A stretch of DNA of 64,000 nt from Raillietiella orientalis (taxonomy: Eukaryota). The position numbers and the translations under genes were made by a program. Under the pieces are notes generated by a model. That model did no database searches. It saw only the letters and a program-made list of their open reading frames with translations, and was not told the DNA's origin. Within the stretch, counting starts at the first letter, position 1; every line of letters starts with the position of its first letter. The stretch covers positions 4,216,001-4,280,000 of the forward strand of contig JAYWIR010000012.1 in assembly GCA_036172245.1 (NCBI GenBank). Reading direction: 5' to 3'. Of this stretch, positions 34,916-46,200 are shown in pieces.

Positions 34916-37900
34916 AGGGATTCTACACAGAGATTGGAATCAGGAACTGCGGCAGAGTGTTGCCTCCCTGGACCTACCGTTAAATCTTGAACAAGATGGC
35001 GGATGTTGCCCAAGCGAGTGGACTGTCCATCAGACTCTGGTGACTCCCCCCCCGTCCCCTCCCCAATAGAGGGAAAAAAACGAAAAAGCAAAAGAAAGTG
35101 AATTCAGTGCGATTTGTGTGCAGGGACACTTGACAAAGTGTCTGCGGAAATGTGCCATCGCAGTTAGTTTGTTTGAAAGTCCTTCAACAGATCCACCCCT
35201 CCGCATGGCGGACTGGGGACAACCCTTGTCAGGCGTACCTCACCATCTTTCGGGGCTACTGTTCCTAAAAGTGACTGCTCGAACAGGGAGGCAAGCGGGG
35301 GAGAGTCTCGAGTGTTTTCATCTCGAGGGAGAGTCTGAAGAAGTTGCGATCGCTTCCAAGGCACATGGCGAAGAATAAGGTGCCCGCCTGGGAAGGAAGC
35401 CACGCTGTCCACAGAACAGAGTGGATGTCACGGCAGAAAGCAAGAGCTCGAGTTTTCAACGAACAGTATCTCCGTTTCCGTCCTCGATTAGACTACTGCT
35501 CTCGGGCCCAAGTAACAAACGTAGGCTCGTAAAGATGGGTCCATCGAGAGTCCTCCTTGATTTTATGCTGCAGGCGAGTAGCCGAAGTCACGGGTCCGGA
35601 GAAGAACTTCAGAACGATCAGAAAATGAACTTGAGTGAGCACGAGGAAGAGTCCTTGGGCACGGAGGCAATAGACAGGGCAGAGCGGATGATGGTGGCGG
35701 CGGTGCTCTCCAGCTCGCGCCCGCACCGATGAGGGAAGGCATCTGCGTTTCTCTCCACCACGGATCCAAGTCATGGAGTAGACAGAGAAGAAGAAAACCG
35801 TGGCATTTGTGAAGTCTTCGGTCTTCCGCTTATTTTCTGATTGAAAGGCAGCCAACGTCAGCACATCGTCGAGGCCGCAAAGCATTCGCCAGGGATGGAA
35901 TGGGACCGCTTCGTGCTGAGGAATGCGCGGGAAAGCAGGCATTCTGCTTGCTTGTCAAACCTCGGCCCCCCGCATCGTGGAATCGATGGTTAACAGAAGG
36001 CCGATGGGCTTCGACCTCTGGTTTCCATATGAGCAATCATAGCAAGGATTCAGTATCCCCATGTCCTGAGTTTTAGTAGGGTGGAATTTTTGCATAGACG
36101 CATGAACCCCCCCCCCCCCAAAAAAAAAATCATGATTCGACTGATTGGAAGACGTGAATTTGCGAAAACAAGTAAAAAAAACGAAGCGAAACGAAACGAA
36201 AGAGCGTGCAAAATCAGATCAGGTCGCGAATCCTAGAGGAAAAAGCGGGAACTTTCGAGAACGACTGCAAAGAGAGAACAGGACATCTGGATACACATAC
36301 TACGTTTCCTTATGATCACCTTCTGCCCTTAATTTCCTCGATAAGTCTTCAGTTTTTTTACAGTTGTTCGGTATGACAGTCAGTACGGAACTAATTCTAA
36401 ATGAATCTTTATGCTGTCTCAATATTTTTACATATTCAGACCCCCCCCCCCCTGTCAAAAAAAAAAAAAACACATCGTACTGTGCTCAAAACAAGAATTT
36501 CATAAATAAGTAGAAAAACACGCTGCTCCCAACCCTGTCATTCCATATCTCTAGACTCATCCCGCAATTTTTCACCCAGTAACACTTAGCTACTGCGTGT
36601 TCCAGAAGAAAGGGGGGGTTCTTTCCTGTCAGCAACCATGGCTTACGTTGTTGCCAGAGGGAACTGTAGCTCTGCATCCATGCAGAGCTTCCCCGGAATG
36701 ACCGGGTGGTACCAGAAACTGTAGCATGGGGCGGGACTGAATGAGCTCCACAGTAACGTCATATCTAATACTCCCCTTGGTATATCCTCGTATGCATGTA
36801 TAAAGCGACTAAACATTATGTTCAAAATGATGTGATCATCGCCATGGAGTACTTTTTTCATCTGCCCGCACAAAGTGTATTGCTATTGAAATCCAGTCTG
36901 TGGGAATGACAAATCAGGTAAAATAACCACAATCTATTTTTGTAAAAACTATTTGTGAAACAGTGTAATAGAATTCAGTTGATATTGTAACACAAGCACA
37001 ATACTTGGATTTATTTCTGTCTATAATCATTCATTTTATTTTATTTTATTTTTACTAAAAACATACATTTGTATCCTGGAAAAAAAAACACGCACACACA
37101 CAGTTCATATTCATTGTCAAACGGGAATTGGCGCAGCTTCTCACTCTCAGAGCAGGAAAGCATGTAAATACATAGCTACATAAGTGGAACACTGTGAATG
37201 GTGAGCACATTTGATTCTTTTTGAACTCAATCATATACTTTCCTGAAACGGAAGTTGTAATGCTCAATGCGTGAGTCACGCATCAGTCTTCAAGATTGAA
37301 ATGAATTTTAAACACGAAATCTCAGCATGTTGACTTTACTTCGTCCTACTATTTCAAACGCATCCATCATATTCATTTCATGTAACTTTCTAATAAATAT
37401 TTTGTATGTATTGGCTACTTTCTTACTCGTGAGCTTTCGGGAGAGAGAAAAAAAAGGGTGTATTTCTTTTGACCATTTCAATGTCTAAATTCATTTCGTT
37501 TCCATTTGCTCACTTTCCTTTCAATCGTGGCTTGATGTAGAAAGAAATGTGAATCTTAAATATCTTGTTGAAACGTTCAGAGTGCGCTCAAATACTCATC
37601 AGGCATCGAAAAGAAAAGCAATGAAAAAATCGAACCTGCAGATCTGTGAGAATAAGATGGGAAAACCAACACAAAGAAACATTATTCTAAATATGTCTTG
37701 CTGTATTTCGGTTCATGGGTGTAAATGATCCAAGTTGTTATCTAACGCCGATAAATTTTACAAATTCTAAAACACATTGGGCTATTCACTTTAGGGCAAA
37801 TGTGATTTCATGTGGCAATAAAAACGCGACTTTTACAATCTTGTTTACGTTTGCGAAATACTTCTCGTTATAACAGAAGATAATTAAAATAGCTAAAAGG

Positions 37901-38611
37901 GCTTTTGCGAAAGTTCTATCTCGAGAAAAACGAATGAAAACGAAACTAGCAACGGATTACATTTGCTTGCTGGAGAGTACTATGTCAAAAGAGAAGACAC
38001 GCTCAATAGCTGAACATATCTGGATAAACCTCAAGAAAAGCAATACATGGGAAATACACATCATTAGGGACGTGAAAGTGTACATTTTCAGCAGCACAAT
38101 CTTTCCATAAAATGATTGAATGAAATTATCGAACATATCGTAGATGTAGTATATGTGCCTGTAGACCGTGAGATTCTTGTGGAAATGTGCCCGTTAAACA
38201 ATTGCAATTTCCATAGAATATGTTGTGGTATTCCTGATCAAGGTTTTGATATTGTGAATGGTTTAAGTAATACGAATTTTTATTCAGTTTTTTGCGAATC
38301 GCGGTCTGCAAAATACGAATGCATGCTTGATCGAATTTTAAAAAGTGTTGTGTATCACTGTACTCGTTTATCAATATGGCAAGTCTACTGCTGCTTCCAT
38401 TGCAAAATAATGAATGAAAATAAGCTAGCAGTTTAAGAGCACGTACTCGTCGTAGGAATGTGATAGGAGCATCACAGGAAGTTTACGTTGAGCAAGTCTC
38501 CAAAGGTATATATTTACTCGGAGTAAATATTAGGGATCTGAAGTTTCATTGTATTGCAGTTTTATTTTAATCTACATATTCGGATCAACAGTGGCTCGTA
38601 ACGGTTAAAGA

Positions 38612-40239
38612 ATGCCAGGCATTGTATTTGAAAAGCAAGTAAATAATCCAGTATGGAAAGCTCTGAAGGCCCATATACTTCGTGAGCGACAAAGAAAAAA
38701 ACAAGGTAACGGTCGTAAATTCTACAGAAGATGTGTAAGAATGTTCTGAAAATATTTTATCCCTTTTTGCATTGCATTGAAGACCAGTATGTCCGTTTTT
38801 GTTTTTGATGATGTATTGTAATCCATTTTTAGAGCAAGAGGCAAATGCGGAAGAAGAGAGATTAAGGAAAGAACGAGAAAAAAAGCATAAAGAAAATGCT
38901 ATGACATTAGAAGAAACTAAAGAACAAATAACCAACCTGGAGTCTCGTTTAGCTCAGCTGAAGGAAGAGAAACATCAGTTATTTTTGCAATTGAAGAAAG
39001 TATTGAATGAAGATGAAAACCGGAAGAGGCAGTTGTTGATTAAAGAGAGCAGGTTATATATTCCCTTATTTTATTGAAATTTAGTCTGATTTAGGTAGTG
39101 CAAAAGTAACAAATTTCGATTCCCAAAATGCATTTTTTTTCAAGTTAAAGAAAGTTTTGCATTTAAAAGAACTGATTGTATTCAGTTGCCATGTATAATG
39201 CCTTTCACGAATGTTTTGTGTTTCCTGCTGTTTCACAAGAAAAGGAAGGGAAGTAAAATAGATTTTGTGCTAGTGCATTCTTTTGATCAAATGGTTTGTG
39301 TTCACATCACTCGAAAGTTGTGTATTTGGAAACTCAACATTTACTGAAGTATTCAATAACCACATTTCATGCATTCTGTTCTAACAAATGATTTCCTCTT
39401 TATTATTTTAGTGAAATGGCGATGGCCGGATATCAGCAAGATCCCTGGTCCTGTACTCCTCATCCTCCAGTTGTTCTGCAGACTTACCCTGGAGTATCCC
39501 CCAAGCCACCAGTGTCCTTCAAAATTCCCCTCTCTAACACTCATCAAGCTGGCTTTCCAACGGTACAACCAAGCTCTGATCCATTGCATTTTTTTGCATT
39601 CTTTCTATGCCAGACACTGATCAGACACCAGGATCCCAGTCCATCACCTCCTGCTTCAGCATATCAGTCACCATTTCAATTCAAGGCAAACCAGGGCCTA
39701 GTTGCATTTACACCATCTACCCAGAGTGAGTTTTTTAGTTTCAAGCAAGTGTTGACTGATCTTCCAATCTGCAGAATCAGGAAGCAGCATGTATTATGGG
39801 GTGCCTAGTACTCCAAGTAGCATAGTTGGCTCTGGCATGTCACAGCCTGCATATAGCTACAATAATCCTGGCCCTTATGTCATTGAATCCAAGCCACTCC
39901 TTGGCACGTTTCTGGCACCTCGTACTTACATGACTGGCTCCTTGCATCCTCAGCTGGAACCTGCTTCCCACAAGGCCAGCTATGTTGCAGCAGATTATGC
40001 TGGAAATCTGCAAACCCGACATGCATTACCAGTGGGTACTGTGGTAACATTGCAGCCTCGTAGTGATCCCAAAAGTGGAAGTATAACTCATGGTTTTCCA
40101 ATGAGACCTGTGCCTACCAACACCATTGGGGTAAGCTGAAAGTTCTCAAGAAGCATTTGTGATTTGCAATTAGACAAGCTATTCAGGGGTAGTGCCTCAG
40201 CGCATCACGTACTCCCAGCCAATGACACGATTTTATTAA
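38612..40239 (+). CDS. GPS2: G protein pathway suppressor 2 (NCoR/SMRT-HDAC3 corepressor subunit), 6 exons, 332 aa
   Basis: Exons 38612-38705, 38833-39052, 39412-39562, 39614-39725, 39775-40130, 40174-40239. The N-terminal coiled coil ALKAHILRERQRKKQE...MTLEETKEQI..LE..L..LKEEKHQLFLQLKKVLNEDE matches GPS2. It has a P/S/Q-rich tail ending RFY*, like the GPS2 C-terminus. Confidence 0.93.
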
Positions 40240-40240
40240 A
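40231..40240. terminator. Shared bidirectional stop/polyadenylation element TTTTATTAAA
   Basis: + strand: GPS2 TAA 40237-40239 and ATTAAA 40235-40240. - strand: SOD-repeat gene TAA 40238-40236 and AATAAA 40237-40232. Confidence 0.7.
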
Positions 40241-43200
40241 TGATGTGAATCACCAGATTAAAAAAGCCAAATTGCAGAGCTATCGGTAGTGCAATTCGAA
40301 ACCACGTAATGCTTTGAGAACTGGACTTGTTCGTCGAATAGCATGATTTATAAGGCAGTCTCTGTGGCCGATCTTTTCTAGGTGGTAAACCAGGAATGGA
40401 AAGACTGGGTGAGCGGAGGTCTTCACCTGCCAGCACAACATTCAAGTCCTGTTCCAGCTTTTCTGCTATGTGGCCTAAAACAGCATTAGCTTTGTGTTTT
40501 TAGACGTTGCGGCGCCGATTTTTACCCATGAAGTGGACTCTGATCTGTAAACAACGGTCTTCGGCGATTGATCGTAAACTTTGCCTTTCGATATTAAACA
40601 TCCACGCTGGCACACCTAGGGTTTCCTGAACGTCCCTCTCAAACCGCCATCTTGTCTTGCAATAACAAAATTTCGAAAAAGGGGAAACGCCTTTGAACAT
40701 ACGGATCGAAGGCTGGAGGTTTCAGAATGGTAGCCCATTTCGCCAGATGCTTATCCACAACGATATTGGCACAAGCCATGCGTTCGCCTCTTCCAGCCCT
40801 CTCCATAATGACGATTGATTTGCCAATGATAGACGTGCGGAAATCTCCCGCTGCCAGAAGTGCGTTATTCATTCAGACGAGCACACTTACATAGTGGAAG
40901 GTTAGCGTCGTTGTACACTGCCCGCCGACTTCCAATGGTCAGCATGCCTAACCGGCCACTGAGATCGCCAACCTCGCAGCGTAAAGGGGTATCCTTGGAG
41001 CATTCCCTGGTGTACTGGGCCGTCTGCAAGGAGCCCATCGTCCAGACGTGTGAACAAGTGCGACCCCGTGCCAGCTTACATTGCCTTGTTTCAGGAGATT
41101 GACGAAGTGTGGGTTCCAACGGTAACCGGCAGCCACGCATCTTGCAGCATAAAATTTCTCTACGCTGTCGTGCCCCACAGGGTTTACGTATACCGCCCAT
41201 TTGTGCCCGTTGGTCTATGCAAATTATAGGTTGACATTAACCGATGACGGGAATACCATGTTCTTATTGTTTTTCCCTGGATACTTCAAGTCAACTTCGA
41301 TGGTTGTATCCGTTGTGCCTCCATCTACGTACACTACTTGTTTCTGAAATGGTGTGTCGTAAGTAGATATTGCGACATGAAAAAAAGGTGCTCACAAATT
41401 TGATGTATCCGTATACAAATCCGGCGGGGTTGTGAAAAGAAGCGATCGCACTGTACTGTCTCGCTTCTTGAGGAGAAAATCCCCACGTGATAGAACTACA
41501 AAACCACCTGGAAAAACAACAACGAATTGGCCCGGAATCGCCCCTGTGGGTTCGGTTCCTTGGTGATTTTTTGTGCCCTTGTTCCGAGCACTTTCCAAAC
41601 ACTCGACACGCAAAATTAGCGTGCGTCCACCGTGAAATCAATCTCAGTTCTAATTTACGGTGAAGTACTTCGGGAGCCACAGCTTTGGTTCGGGGAGAGA
41701 TTTTCTGGGGAATAGTGGTGTGAAAAAATTGCCCTAAACGTAGTGGCAGTTGCAGAAATCTTTGTTTTGCGATCGGTTCCAGAAGTGAAATTTTTCCCTT
41801 TCGATAGATTCACACTCTTTTGTTGGACATGGAACCACCCAGGAAAAGGTTTGTACTTCAAGCGGCAGAGATGGGTCCATCGCGAGTTCATAAAAGGTGT
41901 CTTCCATCATCGCTTTCCGAAATCTCGATACATTGTGGTTCCTTAATGAACGTTATTTGCTGACATAATCGTCATGAAAAGTCTTCAAAGGACGGTTCTC
42001 GGTTTTAAATGACCATACTAGCAAACTCGGAAAATGGCATTAAAAAAAAACGAATGTAACGTGGGTTGACGCAGTAAATCTGTGAAGCATTTCGTCTTGC
42101 ACTGGTGATTGATGAGACAATGCAAGCGTTTGCGCCATTAAATCAAATAGAAGCTTCCGTGCTACTCTGGTGGACTTGCGAACGAGGTCGCAAATGCAAC
42201 CGAAAACTGCTGTACGAAACATAAGCGTGTTGCATTAGCGGATACAAAGGAACACTTCAGAGGGTTCCAAGCAATGGTACCGTTCGCGAGCGGGAAAACC
42301 GACAAGAGTCCACCGGCCGCTTTGCTAGAAACGGCAGTGCGAACGTGGATGGTTGTTTTGGGAACATTCGTGACTCACCTCGAGTTGTTCTTGCCGTAAG
42401 CGACCACGCTCCGTCCGACGATGCTGTATTCCCCGAAAAGCAAAAGGTTCGTGTCCACAAAAGACTCCTTCATGTCTTCCTTGAAAACGGGAGTACCAAT
42501 TTTGCCGCTGATGTCTCCCATGGCGTACTGGTCTTGACTCCTCCCCGACTCTTCCCCTGGTTTCCTGGACACATTCAATGGATTGTACATTTCGTACAAA
42601 ACGCTCGAATCGCAAGGGAACGCAGCATCGAGTCGCACGGAAACCATATGGACGGCATAGAGGAGCGAGAGTTCCCTTGGGTCCCGGAACTCGAACTGCA
42701 CCTGAGCTTCCTCTTCGGGAAGGTTCTGGTAGAACGCCAGCTTCGCGTGAACTTCTCCCAGGCATGTAGCTTCGTTCTTCAGGAACATCGTGGCTTCCGC
42801 CTTGTGGCGATGCTTCCGTATTATGCTGGAAGGGGAGAGATGGAATCCCCGGCAAGCAGTTTCCGCCGCTGGGGGGAAGACAGCGTCGGTTTCTCAGGAA
42901 TGGGCGGAGTCCCTCCCCTTCCTCTGAAAGCGAGCATGCTCTTCTTCCCCTTGGCTCACGACGAACTGCACCCCACAGACGTCTTTCCGGTTCCCCTTCT
43001 TGAGGTGGACGCGCCTACGCTCCAGAAAACCCGCGCAGGAGCCATCGGAGAGTGGCTGTCCTGGGAGAGCTGGGAAAGACCTTTCCGCACAGCTACTGTC
43101 ATCCCCAAAACTGTTGGTTGTGAGGTGAAGAGGGAAGGACGAAGTGAACGCTTAAGCTCAGCGTCCCGAGTCCGCGCCGGAAAAAGCGGAGGAAGGTGCG

Positions 43201-46200
43201 TTTATTCGGGCGGGGGTTGGAGACCTGAAGCGTTCGATTCTGCGTGCTTCCCGCCGTCTTTTCGGAACCCCTCCGTCCGGCTGCAAACCACGTGAAGGCC
43301 CTTGGTGTTCGCCGAGAGCGCCCCATCGCGTCCTCCCCTTCCAAACGTGTGCTCGGAGGACGTCAGGAGATCTGGGAGAGGCTGACGCTCCGCTTGATGG
43401 GGGACGGAAAGGGGGAATTTTCGACCTCCTTCCCACGGCGGGAAATCAAACTGAGTGGGGAAGTGCACCGCTAATAGCGACTGTGAACGCCTGGAAAAAA
43501 CGGAGGAACTTTCCGAGAGTTTGTGGGAAGATCCTGCACGGCGACGACGCGTGGGGAAGGGGGAAACCCTGGAACTGTAGGAGAGAGAAGGAGTCTTACG
43601 CCGGCTTCCCGGCCGCTTGACTGGGAGACTACAGCGTCCCGCTGGGAAGATGGAAAGGAGCAACTCCAGAAGGTGGGAAGCTGGCAGACACGGAAAGGTG
43701 GGGGAGATTCTCTCCACGTTTCAGCGCTTGGATAGGGGCTGTTTCCATGCTCCTGGGGAGTGTCTGAGGAAAATACTGGAAAGAACCAGATCCCTTCGTT
43801 CCCTGGGTGATTCACTCGCACATCATTTCCTGAACGGGAAGAATCGCCGCAAGGCGCAAAAGCAACCCGTGAGAAAGGAAACAGCTTCCTCTTCCCGTCC
43901 CGGAATAGGAAGCGGGCAGAGAAGTGAGAATAGGGGAGTTGGCACTCCTCGCGCTTCTGAAGCAACGCGAGGAATTCTTGGAGGCGAGAAAGTGCGTCCG
44001 CAATCCCGGCAAGGAAGAACGAAGTTCTCTCTCCTTCCCTTCTTCCGGGCGGGCACATTCGGTGCGACCATTCCTCTTCCCGAACGCGGGCGGTCGTGCC
44101 CACGGCACGCAGCGAAGCCGGGGCCAAACAGAAGAGGGTCGGAAGGAGGAACTCCATCGCCTCCCTGCCGAGGATTAGCACGCCGAACGAATGGGGTCGC
44201 GAGCTTCCCTTCTCAGGAGGAGCGCAAATGCGTACATCTCCCCGTCAGTCGGGAAGGAAATCAGGGAGGTGGCGGAGGGCAGGAAAAGGTGAGGCACAGC
44301 CCCCTCCTCGAATTTTAGCGATCTGGAAACACGCGCACGCCAGTCTCGGTCCCCACATCAATGGTGAGACCCCTCCTGGTCGGAAAATGAGGACGCACGT
44401 TCTCCCCAAGAACGCTCCTCCTCTCATCTCCTGAATGGGAAGGGAGGACAGGGAAGGAAATGTTCAGACGTTCACAATGACCGCGGATGCGCTGCGTCGT
44501 CTTCAACGGTAAGAGATGGTCGGTGAAGGCGGACTGCGTGCTTGCCCTGCTCGCTCCAAGAAGAACCAGCAAAAGGCGAAAGAGAGGAGATTGGTTGACG
44601 TAGTAACATCTGGTGCTGCACACCTCGCTCGAAAAAAAGAAGGGAGGACGAGGAACTCTGAGCTTCCGGGAATCAGATCCCCGATGTTCCCCTCCCACAA
44701 AGGAGGCGGTAAGCTCCCGGTGGAGGCGGGAGCAAGAGGAGGGGAGGTCTTCGCCACAGCCGTCCTCTCCCTCCTCCCCCGGGGAAAGTGTCCTCCTCTG
44801 CTGCTTCCCGCTGGGCAACAAACCCGCGTCCGTGCGACGGAGCAGGGCTGCAAATTTGCGCTGCTGGAGCGCCGGCCACATTGGCGACACGTAGCGACCT
44901 CGGTGCCAGGGATTCCATCTTCTTTGCAACGCCAATAGAAGAGATTTCTCCCTCGAAGGGATCCTCAGCCAGCGGAGGCAGCGGAAAAACAAGGAGATGG
45001 CGCGCTGTCCATTCCTTCAACTGGTTAGGGACCGGCAGACACACCAAGCAGATGCAGGCTGGCGTGCCCGAGGGTCCGTTGGGAAAAGAGGGCTCCACAG
45101 GTTCTCAGAACCGACCGTAGTCCTCCCCTTCCGTGGAGGACAGAGAGGTGTCCGGCAGAGGGGTACGGGGAGGAAGAGAGAAGAGAGGTCTACATGCCAT
45201 GTAAGGTTACCGGCGTCTCGAAGGAAGGAAGGCAGTCCCTCCGTCGCCAAGAGGTAAAGGAGACCCGTCAGACCGGGTGCTTGGTGAAGACAACCGCGGA
45301 GGAAGGAGGCAGAGGCGGAAGCAATAAGGAAGAGGGGAAGAAACGCTGGGCACCTTGCCTCAGTCTCCCCTGTCCCCTGCCCTCTCGGTATTCAGATCGT
45401 CCCAGCCTCCCAGCAGATGCAGTTCGCCACGGGAAGAGCACTTCAGAGCTGGAAGGGACTCCTACCAACAACTTCTGTGGGTAAGGATATCCCCACCTTT
45501 TTTGCCAATCCCCGAAGCGGGTTTCGGTCGTTCAGGGGACGCCAACGGATTTCTTCACGGTTTTAGACGTCCGAAATGGCACTGGTGCCTGCAAAGCCAC
45601 CGAAACTGGACAACTGACGGACACGCACGCCAGGGACACTCCCTTCCCCCTACACCTACTCCCTTCTTGTCTTGGAGCGAAGAGCCACGCGTAAGACACC
45701 AGCACCTTCTCCCGAAACGCGCACAGAAGAAAGAACGAAGTCTCCGGAGTCAGGAAAGAGGGGGGACGTACCTGGTACAGGACAGGCGGTCACCCCTGAG
45801 CTTGGAGCGGCCGTCGTCGAAGAGAACCAGTGACCTGCCGATGATGGAATGGGACCCTGACAGGGGCAACTTCTGGACCGTGAAGAGCCTCCGGGAACGG
45901 TGAAGGTCGCTCCGGCGACCGGCGACGATCAGCTCTCCCGTCCAGGGCAAAAGGTCGCCGAGAGGTGACGAAGAGCCCGGCATAGATGTGTCCTCCTCCT
46001 GAGGAAGAGAAAGAGAGAGCGGAGGTCGGGGGACGAAAGCGAAGGAGGATGGGGAGGAACGCACGTGGAAAGGGTCGAACACCCTTCCGGCGCTGAGGCA
46101 CCTGCCCGTCCAGTTGATGCGGTCCTCGCCAGGAGCAATCTCGTGCACAGCGAGCCGGTGTCCACCTGTGGTGTCCTCGCTCCCGTCGCTGTAAAGGAGG

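Noticed and set aside
38116..38436. Overlapping ORFs upstream of GPS2 (and 6639-7040 upstream of HM13)
   Set aside because: No recognisable motifs or consistent splice structure; likely promoter or intergenic DNA.
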